The notes beneath the pieces are model-generated. The model did not search any database, had not been told where the DNA came from, and saw only the letters and a list, made by a program, of their open reading frames with translations. A DNA stretch of 64,000 nucleotides from Candidatus Woesebacteria bacterium (GTDB lineage: Bacteria > Patescibacteriota > Microgenomatia > UBA1400 > MFAQ01), in contig DAOORK010000001.1 of the NCBI GenBank assembly GCA_035389185.1, positions 510,218 through 574,217 on the forward strand, given 5' to 3'. This document shows, in pieces, positions 26,258 to 36,303 of this stretch. Made by a program: the position numbers and the translations under genes. The first letter of the stretch is position 1; every line of letters starts with the position of its first letter.

Positions 26258-29221
26258 CTATCTCTGGCAGTGAGATTTGAAGGGGCAGGTGGCACATTTG
26301 GTGAGATCTTCAGTGCGGGTGAAATCGAGATCGCGGATTTGGGAGACGGAGGCTTTGATGACCTTTTTTAATTCGGTGACGTCTTCTGGCGAAATAATAA
26401 AGTTTTCCCGGTGGAAATTATTTTGGGCATCGGGCTCGATGAAGTCTATCTGCGTTTGCCGGACTTCGTACTGGAAAGATTTATCTAATTCGGCGAGGAG
26501 CTGGTAGAAAGTGAGCTGACGTTTGTAATCACCGTCGGAGTTCTTGGTGTTGCCTTCGATTTCGTTTCTGGTTTTGGATTTACCTGTCTTGTAATCAATG
26601 ACGCGGACGTGCTTTTCTTTTTCGTTGGTTACTTCTATACGATCAACCTTGCCGGTAAGAGCAATATCGTCTAGATGGATTTGGGAGGTGAGAGAAGTAC
26701 CGAAATTCTTTTCGGTAAAGAGACAAGCGGTAAATTCTTTTTCGTATTTATCGTAGTAAGCGGTCAGAACTTTTTTGCCATGGGCGAGGCGATCTTTGAA
26801 ATCGGTTTCGGTCATGATTTCTCTTTGGAGTGCCGCTTCGAAATCTTTAAGGAAAAGCTCACAGGACTCGAGTTTGCCGTTATTTAATTCTCTGAACAAT
26901 TGTTCAAGGGCGTAGTGCACTGCAGTACCAAAACACATGGCAGGAGCCTTGGCTCTAGGAATTCTGTAGAGATTATCGAGCTTGAATTTGTAGTGACAGC
27001 GGAGATAGGTATTGAGGGCCGTGGGGGAAAGCTTGAGGTCTTTGATGATTTCCCGCAGATACTCGGCTTCGCCATCGTGAAGAGTGACTTCGGCTGCTGG
27101 GGACATAAGAACGGCGAGAATTTGGACAGAATTTTTTTCTATTTTTTTGGTGTCGACTTTCTCTATATTTTCTTTGGGTAAATCTTCGAGGAACATAGCG
27201 GGAAAAATCATTTTGGCGGAGTTTGGGTACTCGGTAGAACCAGTGAGGAATAGACTCTGTTTGGCTCTTGTTAGCGCCACATAAAAGAGACGGCGTTCCT
27301 CGGCGTTTTTATCTTCCTTATCCGTATCTTCGTAACGAAGTATGCCTACGGGGAGTTTGATCATTTCCCTTTTGGCTTTGTTGCCCCAGTGAGTATCGGC
27401 GAAACGATAGATGTAAACAGTTTGCCACTCCAGACCCTTGGCTTTGTGAGCCGTGGTGAGCGTCACGGCGTCGTCGTTGCCAATGAGGACTTGCTCTTCT
27501 AACTTGAGATTGTTTTCCTCCATGATCCGTAGATTCCCGACATAACCAAAAAGATCGAGATCTGGGAAAGAGCTGCTTTGTGACTTAACATCGTCGAAGA
27601 GTGTGCCAAATCGATTCAGCTCAATGATGGGCTGCGGAAGTGCCAAAATATATTCCAGAATCCCCGATTCTTGAAGAATCATCTGGAACATTTCGGGGAG
27701 AGTGTGAGTGGCGGACATAGAGTTCCAAGAAACAAATTTGAGATAGGCTGAGACAACATCATCATCTAACTCGGGGTGATCGGACTGGAGAGAGTCGACT
27801 AGAGTTTTTCTTTCTTGATGAGCGGCTCGGCTAATCTTCAAAATAGAAAGTGGATTGAGATGAAAATAGGGAAAGTTTAATACGGTAAAGAGGTCGAGAT
27901 CGTCGACGGTGTTGTGGAGAGTAGTAGTGACTCTTAATATTTTGAGGAACTGACTAACAAGAGGAGTGGCCAAGATATTGGTGCCGCCCTCGAGGCGATA
28001 AGGAATATTTTTTTGTTTGAACAGATTGACGAGGATGTCGACGTCTTTGTTTTCTTTGACAATGACGGCGAAATCTTTGGGGCTTGAGCCTTTTTTTATT
28101 TTTTCCAGGATGTCACTCGTGATAAATTCGTCTTCGAGAATGGTGGAGCTAAATTCGACGGTTTTTATTTTTTCGTCTTTTAAATCGGTGTTGGCGTGGA
28201 GAGGAGTTTCGCCCAGAAGCGCGGCGGCGGAGTCGAGAATCGTCTGGGTAGAACGGTAACTTTGATCGAGAACAATTTTGGTGTGGAAGGGAAAAGCTTT
28301 TTCAAATTCACGGACGTTTTCTTTACTGGCTCCTTGGAAACGGAAAATGCTTTGGTTCGGGTCGCCGACGGCAAAAATATTGGCGTTCTCACCCCAGAAA
28401 CTGGCAAGAGCGAAAATAAGCCTGTTCTGGGCGGAATTGGTATCCTGATATTCATCAACCAAAAGATACTGGAACTTTTCTTGGTAACCTAAGAGGAAAT
28501 CTTGATCTTTTTCAAAGGCTTCGACGACCCAGTTGATCATGTCGTTGAAATCAAATCTACCAAGTGAGGTTAGTTTGGTTTGATATTTTTCGTAGATATC
28601 TAAAAGATCAATATTTTTATTGACTAGTTTTTCTTTTTCTAGTCTGGCTGTTTTACTAAGATCGTCTTTTTCTGGTTCGTATTCATCTTTTAAAAGAGAG
28701 ACTGATTGAGAATATTTGGCGATGGTGAAGCCCTCGCGCTTTAAATCAGAGATACTACTTAAAATGTAGGGGAGATAGAAGAGGGTGTCGCCTATTGGCT
28801 TTAGAAGAGCGAAGCTTCCCTGCTGCAAAATCTCTTGGATAATCTGAATCTTTTCCAGATCGGTGACATTTTGCATGCCGGCGGGTTTGCTGAATCTTTC
28901 GGGATTTTGGGCGATGACATCGGCACAGAAAGAGTGAAAGGTAGTGACTTGGACGAGGTAGCCGTCTTTGCCGATGAGATCAATAAGGCGTGTGCGCATT
29001 TCTTTGGTGGCCGCCTCGGTAAAAGTGAGGGCGAGAATGGAGCTCGGGTCTGTGTCCGTCTCTTTGAGGATGTTGGCAATACGGGTGGTGAGAACTTGGG
29101 TTTTGCCAGTGCCAGGACCAGCGAGAACCAGCACGGGGCCCTCGATGGTATCGACAGCTTTTCTTTGGGCATCGTTTAACTTTTGGTAGGCTTGGTCAAA
29201 GTTTGGAGTGGTAACTGGCAT
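26258..29221 (-). CDS. UvrD-family helicase fused to C-terminal PD-(D/E)xK Cas4/AddB-like nuclease with Fe-S cysteine cluster (AddA/AdnB-like)
   Basis: 987 aa; Walker A AGPGTGKT, VDEYQDTN, YRSTQ helicase motifs; C-terminal RCHYKF..., VIDYKTGK and KCATCPFKSHC (C-x2-C-x5-C). Confidence 0.8.
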   Translation of the reverse strand: MPVTTPNFDQAYQKLNDAQRKAVDTIEGPVLVLAGPGTGKTQVLTTRIANILKETDTDPSSILALTFTEAATKEMRTRLIDLIGKDGYLVQVTTFHSFCADVIAQNPERFSKPAGMQNVTDLEKIQIIQEILQQGSFALLKPIGDTLFYLPYILSSISDLKREGFTIAKYSQSVSLLKDEYEPEKDDLSKTARLEKEKLVNKNIDLLDIYEKYQTKLTSLGRFDFNDMINWVVEAFEKDQDFLLGYQEKFQYLLVDEYQDTNSAQNRLIFALASFWGENANIFAVGDPNQSIFRFQGASKENVREFEKAFPFHTKIVLDQSYRSTQTILDSAAALLGETPLHANTDLKDEKIKTVEFSSTILEDEFITSDILEKIKKGSSPKDFAVIVKENKDVDILVNLFKQKNIPYRLEGGTNILATPLVSQFLKILRVTTTLHNTVDDLDLFTVLNFPYFHLNPLSILKISRAAHQERKTLVDSLQSDHPELDDDVVSAYLKFVSWNSMSATHTLPEMFQMILQESGILEYILALPQPIIELNRFGTLFDDVKSQSSSFPDLDLFGYVGNLRIMEENNLKLEEQVLIGNDDAVTLTTAHKAKGLEWQTVYIYRFADTHWGNKAKREMIKLPVGILRYEDTDKEDKNAEERRLFYVALTRAKQSLFLTGSTEYPNSAKMIFPAMFLEDLPKENIEKVDTKKIEKNSVQILAVLMSPAAEVTLHDGEAEYLREIIKDLKLSPTALNTYLRCHYKFKLDNLYRIPRAKAPAMCFGTAVHYALEQLFRELNNGKLESCELFLKDFEAALQREIMTETDFKDRLAHGKKVLTAYYDKYEKEFTACLFTEKNFGTSLTSQIHLDDIALTGKVDRIEVTNEKEKHVRVIDYKTGKSKTRNEIEGNTKNSDGDYKRQLTFYQLLAELDKSFQYEVRQTQIDFIEPDAQNNFHRENFIISPEDVTELKKVIKASVSQIRDLDFTRTEDLTKCATCPFKSHCQR

Positions 29222-29305
29222 CTGTGGATATTGTAGCGCCTAGGAAGGGGCAAGAGTGGTAGAATAGCGACAACAGTAATTTAAAAAGTGAAGGGAGGGT
29301 TGACG

Positions 29306-29551
29306 ATGGAAGAAGATAAAGGTTCTGAAATTCCAGAGATAATTAAAATCTCAATGAGTTTTTTTGATTTGTTCCCTGTGGCATTTGGTTTGACTATATT
29401 GTTGGGTGCGGCTGGTTTTGTAGCTGCTTTTTTAATCTTGGTTGCATTGGGAATAGTCGAAGGGTTAGCCTGCGCCTTGGGCGGGTTTTTTGGATTGGTG
29501 ATTGGTTTTTTCTTGGCTCCAAAGATTGCATCTTGGATTCTGGAAAAGTAG
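29306..29551 (+). CDS. small two-TM membrane protein (hypothetical)
   Basis: ATG at 29306 preceded by AGGGAGGG RBS; hydrophobic helices; followed directly by terminator; overlapping minus ORF 29281..29682 judged spurious. Confidence 0.45.
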   Translation: MEEDKGSEIPEIIKISMSFFDLFPVAFGLTILLGAAGFVAAFLILVALGIVEGLACALGGFFGLVIGFFLAPKIASWILEK

Positions 29552-29575
29552 AGGGGTAACCACCCCTCTTTTTTT
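29551..29575 (+). terminator. rho-independent terminator
   Basis: GAGGGGT-aacc-ACCCCTC-TTTTTTT. Confidence 0.7.
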
Positions 29576-29580
29576 GGCCA

Positions 29581-29607
29581 AAAAAAATCCCCGGGGTAAC
29601 CGGGGAT
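29581..29607 (-). terminator. rho-independent terminator
   Basis: on minus strand TCCCCGG-ttacc-CCGGGGA followed by U7; 5 bp after stop of 29612..29962. Confidence 0.7.
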
Positions 29608-29611
29608 TGTT

Positions 29612-29962
29612 TTACTTGCAGGGATTACAGGCGTTGTCAACAAGATCGATAAACCAGAGAATGACGACCAGGACGCCAACAATACTGCCTGCGACAGTGT
29701 CGGGTGTGCTTAAAGCCTGCGGTACTGCGAGAAGATAGATCACACCGGGCACTGAAATAAAAACGGAGGCCCAGAAGCCAAGCTTGCTGGTCTTCCCTGC
29801 AGACATAACCAACAGTTTGTAGGTCATGGAGAGGAGGAACCAGAGGATGCCGGTAATGAAGAAGAGGATCATCCATACCGATGGCTGGAACGGCATGCTG
29901 AGGAAGATGATAGAAGCAATCAGTTCCACCAGGAACGATACAAAGCCAATATGCCTTCTCAT
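29612..29962 (-). CDS. small polytopic membrane protein (DoxX-like?)
   Basis: 116 aa, 4 predicted TM helices. Confidence 0.4.
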   Translation of the reverse strand: MRRHIGFVSFLVELIASIIFLSMPFQPSVWMILFFITGILWFLLSMTYKLLVMSAGKTSKLGFWASVFISVPGVIYLLAVPQALSTPDTVAGSIVGVLVVILWFIDLVDNACNPCK

Positions 29963-30046
29963 TATTTCTCCTTGTGAATGAACTTAGGATATGGCGGTAG
30001 TATAGCAGAAAAAGGGCAAAAAGTCAAGTTATAGGATGAAAAATGA

Positions 30047-31024
30047 TTACTTTTCTGCTTCCAGTCCAGATTTGAGGGATTTAGCAGAGTCGAGTTTGGA
30101 GCCGATCTGGTTCATGGTGTGGCTAGTGTCGTTTAGGGTGTTGTAGGCATTGGTGAGGTGTTTGCCCAGAAGAGCAAAATTTTCATCGAGTTTTTCGTAG
30201 TCTTTTTGGACAGCACGTAAAAGAGTAAATACTTCGGAGGTTTTACCGGCGATTTTTTGACCTTCGAGAGAAAGAAGAATGGTTTGAAGATGAGCGTAGA
30301 GAGTGGTAGGAGAAACGGGGTAAACACGAAGGTCACGGGCAAGACTTAGGATATCCTCTTCGTTGACTATTTCGTAGTAGATGGACTCGGAAGGGATATA
30401 CATGAGGGCAAAGTCGAGAGTGCCTTCCTCGGGAAGAATATATTTGTCGGAGATATCTTTGAGATGCCTTTTGACATCACGAATAAAGGCGGACTTGGAG
30501 GAAACTTTTTCGGTTTGAGTAGTGGCTTGGTAGATTTTTTGAAAGTTTTCCATGGGAAACTTGGAGTCGATGGGGAGTAAACCGGCTTGGGTTTTGATGG
30601 CGGCATCGACGATTTGACCTGATTTGAAATGGTGCTGGAGAAGATAGCCTGTTTTGGGAAACATCTGCCCCAAAAGATCTTTGAGAACTTGCTCGCCGAT
30701 GTTACCCCTGAGTTTGGGTGACTTGAGGTAATCCTGGAGGTCTTTCATAGAACGGCTGACTTCGCTAAAGGCACCGGCCTCTTTTTTGAGATCGCCGATA
30801 ATGGAAGTGGCTTGATCGAGGCGAGAAAATAGTTCACGATAATTTTGCTGAAGAGAAAGAGTGGTATTTTTGTTGGTGGTATCGAAAGATTGCTGAAGTG
30901 ACTTGAGCCAGGCAGTGAGGGTTGGATCGGTTTGGGGTTTTTGGAGTTGGGACTTAAGAAGAAAATAAAGAACCAGTAGACCAAAAAACAAAAAGGCAAT
31001 TACAATGATAGTGTCAGCGGACAT
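30047..31024 (-). CDS. rmuC: DNA recombination protein RmuC
   Basis: 325 aa; N-terminal TM, coiled-coil, RmuC core motifs (RGNIGEQVLKDLL..., LPIDSKFPMENF, YPVSPTTLYAHLQTI). Confidence 0.75.
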   Translation of the reverse strand: MSADTIIVIAFLFFGLLVLYFLLKSQLQKPQTDPTLTAWLKSLQQSFDTTNKNTTLSLQQNYRELFSRLDQATSIIGDLKKEAGAFSEVSRSMKDLQDYLKSPKLRGNIGEQVLKDLLGQMFPKTGYLLQHHFKSGQIVDAAIKTQAGLLPIDSKFPMENFQKIYQATTQTEKVSSKSAFIRDVKRHLKDISDKYILPEEGTLDFALMYIPSESIYYEIVNEEDILSLARDLRVYPVSPTTLYAHLQTILLSLEGQKIAGKTSEVFTLLRAVQKDYEKLDENFALLGKHLTNAYNTLNDTSHTMNQIGSKLDSAKSLKSGLEAEK

Positions 31025-31041
31025 AAAATCATTTTACTCTA

Positions 31042-31413
31042 ATGGAGCGAAACAAACACGAAAGGAATAAACGTTACGGATGGTTAATATTTTTTACTGT
31101 TTTGAATTGGCTGAGTATTGCTTTGGTAGTTTGGCTAGTGGATCCGGAAAATTTGGCTAACTTTATTATTCAAGGAAGTTACCTGCCGATGGGCCTTTTG
31201 CTATTTGGAGGTTTTTTCTGGATTTTGACGATTTTGACACTGTCGACAGTTAGGGCGTTACGTTGGGATTTGGGAATAATCATTTTTATTTATCTAAGAC
31301 TTTTTGGTTTGGGCACTATTTTGAATGGCATTTTGATCTTGGGTTTGTTGGCAATTTGGGAGGTATATACCTACAAGAAAAAACCGAAAGAGAATGTGCT
31401 ACACTCTGATTAA
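31042..31413 (+). CDS. small membrane protein (hypothetical)
   Basis: 123 aa; 3-4 TM helices. Confidence 0.4.
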   Translation: MERNKHERNKRYGWLIFFTVLNWLSIALVVWLVDPENLANFIIQGSYLPMGLLLFGGFFWILTILTLSTVRALRWDLGIIIFIYLRLFGLGTILNGILILGLLAIWEVYTYKKKPKENVLHSD

Positions 31414-31438
31414 TTAAAGTTAATAATTAGGACAGAAA

Positions 31439-31804
31439 ATGCAACTTTCAAGTAATCCGTTAAATAAAACAATCGAAAAACAGCTCTCGGGAATGTTTTA
31501 TGGAATATTAGCTGAGCTTTCAAGCCCTGAGGAAATAAAGACTATCTTGAAAGATATTTTAACGGAAGGTGAAAGGGTGGCAATTTTGAAACGCCTTGGA
31601 ATTGCGGTGTATTTGGACAAGGGCAGAAATTACGAAGACATCAAAAACAATATTAAGGTAAGTTCGGCCACAATTGCTTCAGTAGCTGAAAATACCGGTA
31701 ACCCCGGATGGCAAGAAGTGATCAGAAGAATCAAGGCCGATGAGTGGGCATCTGAGTGGACAAATAAAATCTCTAAAGGAATCCGAAGGATTTTGCCACG
31801 TTGA
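31439..31804 (+). CDS. TrpR/YerC-like helix-turn-helix protein
   Basis: 121 aa; pattern LTEGERVAILKRLGIAVYLDKGRNYEDIKNNIKVSSATIASV matches YerC/YecD TrpR-like family. Confidence 0.5.
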   Translation: MQLSSNPLNKTIEKQLSGMFYGILAELSSPEEIKTILKDILTEGERVAILKRLGIAVYLDKGRNYEDIKNNIKVSSATIASVAENTGNPGWQEVIRRIKADEWASEWTNKISKGIRRILPR

Positions 31805-31818
31805 GGTACAATTGAGGC

Positions 31819-33231
31819 ATGGGAAAGTATTACATCACAACAACCTTACCGTACGTTAATGCTGAACCACATATCGGCTTTGCGATGGAGATTGTGCGCG
31901 CGGATGTGATGGCGAGACTACACCGAGCTTTGGGAGACGAGGTGTTTTTTAATACAGGGACAGATGAACACGGCCAAAAAATATATCAGAAGGCAATTGA
32001 TCTGGGAATCGATCCACAAAAATATTGTGATGAATATGCAGCTAAGTTTTCGATTTTGAAAGACTCCTTAAATCTGTCGTTTAATAGCTTTGTCCGAACC
32101 ACGGATGAACACCATATTAAAGCGGCACAGGAATTTTGGAAATTGTGTGATGCCAGCGGAGATATTTATAAAAAGAGTTATAAAACAAAGTATTGTGTAG
32201 GATGCGAGCTGGAAAAAACTGATTCGGAACTAGTGGACGGCAAGTGCTCGATACATCCTCAGATGGAGTTGGAGATTCATGAGGAAGAAAATTATTTCTT
32301 TAGGTTTTCTAAGTATCAGGGGAAACTGCTTGAGCTTTACAAAAATAATCCCGATTTTATCCAGCCTGATTTTCGCCAGAACGAGATGAAGATTTTTGTT
32401 GAAGGTGGTTTGCAAGACTTTAGTATTTCCCGACTCAAAGAAAAAATGTCTTGGGGAGTCCCCGTACCTGATGATGAAACACAGGTAATGTACGTCTGGT
32501 TTGACGCTTTAACAAATTATGTTTCTTGTTTGGGTTGGCCTGAGAACGAAACAAAGTTTAAAGAGTTTTGGCCCGGAGTGCAGGTGTGTGGAAAGGATAA
32601 TTTGCGTCAGCAAACAGCTATGTGGCAGGCGATGTTGATGTCGGCTGGACTACCAACTTCCAAACAGGTGATGGTTGAAGGATTTATCACTTCTGGTGGA
32701 GCCAAGATGAGCAAAAGTGCCGGGAACGTGATTGATCCTTTGGAGTATGTGGAAAAATATGGAACTGATGCGGTGCGCTATTTCCTAACAGCAGAGTTGT
32801 CTGTTTTTGAAGATTCGGATATGACACGAGAGAGATTTGAAGAAGCATACCAAGCAAATCTGGCAAACGGTATTGGGAACCTTTGTGCTCGCGTTGCGGC
32901 CATGTCGGAGAAAGAAGGCTTGAAAGTAACCCCGAGTGAATTGAGTATCCGAAAAGAAATTGTGGAGAAATTGGATGGGTATAAATTTGATGAGGCTATG
33001 GCTCTAATATGGGAAGAAATAAGAAAAGCGGATGCTTTGATTAATCAAAGAGAGGTTTGGAAATTGGAAGGCGAAGAAAAAATCGCCTCACTATCTGAAC
33101 TGGTGAAGATGATCCGCCAGATCGGAATTGACCTTGTGCCTTTTATGCCAGCAACAGCTGAAAAAATCATGGCGCAGTATGGAGTGGAAGAAATAAAGAA
33201 GACCGAAAACTTGTTCCAAAGATTAGCTTGA
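31819..33231 (+). CDS. metG: methionyl-tRNA synthetase (short form)
   Basis: 470 aa; HIGH-class motif PHIGFA, KMSKS motif KMSKSAGN, Zn-knuckle CVGCELEK...C. Confidence 0.9.
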   Translation: MGKYYITTTLPYVNAEPHIGFAMEIVRADVMARLHRALGDEVFFNTGTDEHGQKIYQKAIDLGIDPQKYCDEYAAKFSILKDSLNLSFNSFVRTTDEHHIKAAQEFWKLCDASGDIYKKSYKTKYCVGCELEKTDSELVDGKCSIHPQMELEIHEEENYFFRFSKYQGKLLELYKNNPDFIQPDFRQNEMKIFVEGGLQDFSISRLKEKMSWGVPVPDDETQVMYVWFDALTNYVSCLGWPENETKFKEFWPGVQVCGKDNLRQQTAMWQAMLMSAGLPTSKQVMVEGFITSGGAKMSKSAGNVIDPLEYVEKYGTDAVRYFLTAELSVFEDSDMTRERFEEAYQANLANGIGNLCARVAAMSEKEGLKVTPSELSIRKEIVEKLDGYKFDEAMALIWEEIRKADALINQREVWKLEGEEKIASLSELVKMIRQIGIDLVPFMPATAEKIMAQYGVEEIKKTENLFQRLA

Positions 33232-33299
33232 GGTTTGACTATTGAAGATTTTCTTGATAATATAGGCCATTCTGAACTTTTATTTTCAAGGAGGCAAAG

Positions 33300-33659
33300 G
33301 TGAGTAGTATCTTGATTGGCTTGAAGTGGATGGACTTCAAGAGGAAGTATCTGACCAAATATCCCGACGATATTCTGGAAAAGTTCTGGTCGGCAGTTGA
33401 AAAACTGATCCCCAAGTTGCAGGATGACGAGATCATTACCGACGATTCAGTTATTGTTATCGACAATGAGTTGTTTGTGTATCGAGGCGAGAGCAAGTGG
33501 TATATGATCCGCCCGGCCACAAAAAATGTTTGGCAAGGAACAAATGGTGACAAAAACCATTTGGGGGAAATTATTCAACTCCCGAGATGGGAAATGGCCG
33601 AACTTCTGGACGTATTCACCTGGATGCTTGGTCAGCCAGATAGAATGAAACAGGCATAG
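33300..33659 (+). CDS. hypothetical protein
   Basis: 119 aa; GTG start preceded by AAGGAGG; followed by terminator. Confidence 0.4.
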   Translation: MSSILIGLKWMDFKRKYLTKYPDDILEKFWSAVEKLIPKLQDDEIITDDSVIVIDNELFVYRGESKWYMIRPATKNVWQGTNGDKNHLGEIIQLPRWEMAELLDVFTWMLGQPDRMKQA

Positions 33660-33667
33660 TAATATTA

Positions 33668-33691
33668 CCGCTCCTTTGGGGGCGGTTTTTT
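33668..33691 (+). terminator. rho-independent terminator
   Basis: CCGCTCC-ttt-GGGGGCGG (one G-U) followed by TTTTTT. Confidence 0.55.
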
Positions 33692-33707
33692 GTGGGAAAA
33701 TCTAGTT

Positions 33708-34484
33708 ATGCTAATTGATACACATTGTCATCTGACTGACGAGAGATTTACGGATGTGAGGGAAGTAATAAGAGAGGCTAAGAAAAATGGAGTGGGAAAA
33801 ATCTTTATTCCTGCCACTAGTGTGGAAGACGCTAAAAGAGCTGTGGTAATTGCGGAACAAGAAAATTTGTACGCTATGGTTGGAGTACACCCAGAGGAGA
33901 TTGATTCTGTGGACGATGTTGAGGGGATGATATATGAGTTGGAAGAGTTGGTCGGAAAGTCAGAGAGAATAATTGGAATCGGCGAAATCGGTTTGGATTT
34001 TTTCTGGGATAAAGAAAAGAAGACAAAAGAAAAACAAATGAAAGTTTTTGCGGCACAGATGGAGTTGGCAGTTCGTTTGAAATTGCCTGTAGTGATCCAC
34101 ATGAGAGAAGCAGAAGAGGAAATGCGAATGATTTTGGACAAAATGGAGAAGCTGCCGAGAGGAGAGTTCCATTGCTTCGCCGGAGGAGAAGAGTTTTTGG
34201 AGTATATCTTGGAAAAAGGTTTTTATGCGGGGTTTGACGGGAATATTACTTATAAAGGTGCACAGAGTTTACGCAATCTGATACACAAAGTGCCTCTGAC
34301 TCGCCTGCTTTTGGAGACTGATAGTCCCTATTTAACGCCAGAACCATTACGAGGAACGGTTAATAAGCCTAGTAATGTTAAAATAGTAGCTACAGCCATA
34401 GCCTGCCAGCTGAACATAGATACCGAAAAATTAATTCAACAAACCGGAAATAACGCAATATGTTTGTACTCCTTAGATATCTAA
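33708..34484 (+). CDS. tatD: TatD-family metal-dependent DNase/hydrolase
   Basis: MLIDTHCHL start motif, GEIGLD, HCF.G; start moved from 33690 (inside terminator T-tract) to ATG 33708. Confidence 0.85.
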   Translation: MLIDTHCHLTDERFTDVREVIREAKKNGVGKIFIPATSVEDAKRAVVIAEQENLYAMVGVHPEEIDSVDDVEGMIYELEELVGKSERIIGIGEIGLDFFWDKEKKTKEKQMKVFAAQMELAVRLKLPVVIHMREAEEEMRMILDKMEKLPRGEFHCFAGGEEFLEYILEKGFYAGFDGNITYKGAQSLRNLIHKVPLTRLLLETDSPYLTPEPLRGTVNKPSNVKIVATAIACQLNIDTEKLIQQTGNNAICLYSLDI

Positions 34485-35965
34485 TAAAGAAGTATCCCCA
34501 TGGTAGTCAAAGAATTTTAGAAATATTGCCAGGCTTTGTAAGCTGGATGTTTATCCTTTTCCCTATTTGGGGTTCAATATTTTGGCCTGTTGGAGTAGCT
34601 TACTTCATCATTAGTTTTAACGTTTATTGGCTTTATCGATCTTTGACGCTGTCAATTGCTTCGGTGATGTCATATTACCGAATCAAGGCCGCAGAGAAAT
34701 ATGATTGGATGGGAGATGTTGCCGGATTTGCAGACTGGAAAGAAGTAAAGCACGTGATCGTCTTACCAACATACAAAGAACCCGGTGACATCTTGGTACG
34801 TACCTTGGATGCCTTGGAAAAACAAACCATTGGCGCGAAACAGATAATCCCCTTAATCGCAATGGAAGTGAGAGCCGGTGAAGAAATGAATGCGAGTAGG
34901 GTAAAACAGTTGCGAGATAAATTTGAAGGAAAATTTGCCGACTTGATGTTTACATACCACCCTGCGAATTTAACCGGTGAGGTGGTTGGGAAATCTTCGA
35001 ATGCTGCCTGGGCGGGGATGGAACTTCGAAAGGAACTTAAGAAACATGCGGACTGGGATATAAACAAAATGACGATTTCTTCTGTGGACTGTGACGTGGC
35101 ACTTCACCCGAATCATTTGGCGGCTTTGACATATATGTTTTTGGATGACCCGAATCGATATCACAAGATCTGGCAAGGAGCGATCGTCTTTTACAACAAT
35201 ATTGAGCGTATTCCGTGGCCCATGAGAGTGTTTAACCGCATCGCCTCGGTAAACAATATGGCCCAGCTTTCACGACCAGATCGCTTAATTAATTTTTCTA
35301 CTTATTCATTGAGTTTGAAGTTGATGGATGACATTGATTACTGGGATACCGATGTTATTCCAGAAGACTATCGTATTTTCTTTAAAACTTACTTTGCTAC
35401 CGAAGGGAAGATTGAGGTAGAACCTTTGTATATTTCTGTTTCTGCCGATGCAGCTGAAGCAGAAGGTTTCCGAAACACTTTTACCAACACATACGAACAG
35501 GTAAAGCGTTGGGCTTGGGGAGCAAGTGATGACTCTTACATAATTAAGCGATACATCATGGATGACAAAGCTCCTTTTTGGGACAAAACAATTAGAGTTT
35601 TCAAGGTAATTGAAGATCACTTTATGTGGCCGGTAAATTGGTTCATTATTACTGTTGCCGCAAATCTACCGCCGCTTCTAAACCAGACGTTTTCGAGAAC
35701 AGTGATGGGCAAAACATTACCTCAGGTATCATCGGCAATTTTGACGCTGTCGCTGGTTAGTTTGGTGGCCATGATCTTTATCGATATGAAAGCAAGACCA
35801 AAAGTCGAAGGATTGCCATTATGGAGAAAGATATTCTCGCCTTTTGAGTTTGTACTTTTACCGGTAGTAGGTTTCTTTTTCTCAGCTCTACCTGGACTTG
35901 ATGCCCATACCAGACTGATGATGGGAAGATATCTGGAGTACCGGGTTACCGAGAAAAAAGCATAA
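34460..35965 (+). CDS. membrane-embedded processive family-2 glycosyltransferase (cellulose/chitin-synthase-like)
   Basis: 501 aa; N-terminal TMs, GT-A core (VLPTYKEP, DCD as DXD, EDY), signature QVKRWAWG (Q-x-x-R-W), C-terminal TMs; 25-bp overlap with tatD. Confidence 0.6.
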   Translation: MFVLLRYLIKKYPHGSQRILEILPGFVSWMFILFPIWGSIFWPVGVAYFIISFNVYWLYRSLTLSIASVMSYYRIKAAEKYDWMGDVAGFADWKEVKHVIVLPTYKEPGDILVRTLDALEKQTIGAKQIIPLIAMEVRAGEEMNASRVKQLRDKFEGKFADLMFTYHPANLTGEVVGKSSNAAWAGMELRKELKKHADWDINKMTISSVDCDVALHPNHLAALTYMFLDDPNRYHKIWQGAIVFYNNIERIPWPMRVFNRIASVNNMAQLSRPDRLINFSTYSLSLKLMDDIDYWDTDVIPEDYRIFFKTYFATEGKIEVEPLYISVSADAAEAEGFRNTFTNTYEQVKRWAWGASDDSYIIKRYIMDDKAPFWDKTIRVFKVIEDHFMWPVNWFIITVAANLPPLLNQTFSRTVMGKTLPQVSSAILTLSLVSLVAMIFIDMKARPKVEGLPLWRKIFSPFEFVLLPVVGFFFSALPGLDAHTRLMMGRYLEYRVTEKKA

Positions 35966-35979
35966 CAATTAATGGAAAT

Positions 35980-36303
35980 ATGTTTGTAAGTATATTTTGG
36001 ATTGGAATGGCACTCATTGGAATGATGGGCGGAGTGTTGGCTATTTTCTGGAAAAGCTTGCCTCCACAACTCCCCTGGTTTTATTCTCTGCCTTGGGGAG
36101 AACAACAACTGGTAAACAAGATGTGGTTTGTGTGGATCTTGGCGGGAATGGCAGTTTTGCTTTTTTTGACTCGGATAATAGCCAGATGGGCAGGCAAAGA
36201 TGACACTACCGTAAAAACACTCATCATGAGTGGTGGATTATTGGCCGTACTGTTGATGACCGCCAGTTTTGTCAGAATTATGATGATCTTTTTGAACCTA
36301 TGA
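35980..36303 (+). CDS. small membrane protein (hypothetical)
   Basis: 107 aa, 3 TM; 4-bp overlap with next gene. Confidence 0.4.
   Translation: MFVSIFWIGMALIGMMGGVLAIFWKSLPPQLPWFYSLPWGEQQLVNKMWFVWILAGMAVLLFLTRIIARWAGKDDTTVKTLIMSGGLLAVLLMTASFVRIMMIFLNL

Noticed and set aside
29281-29682. Minus-strand 133-aa ORF
   Set aside because: Spans two rho-independent terminator hairpins and overlaps a + strand ORF that has an RBS, clean TM helices and its own terminator; judged spurious.
33690-33707. Track start of tatD ORF (MWENLV...)
   Set aside because: Start codon would lie inside the T-tract of the preceding terminator; conserved TatD start MLIDTHCHL begins at 33708.
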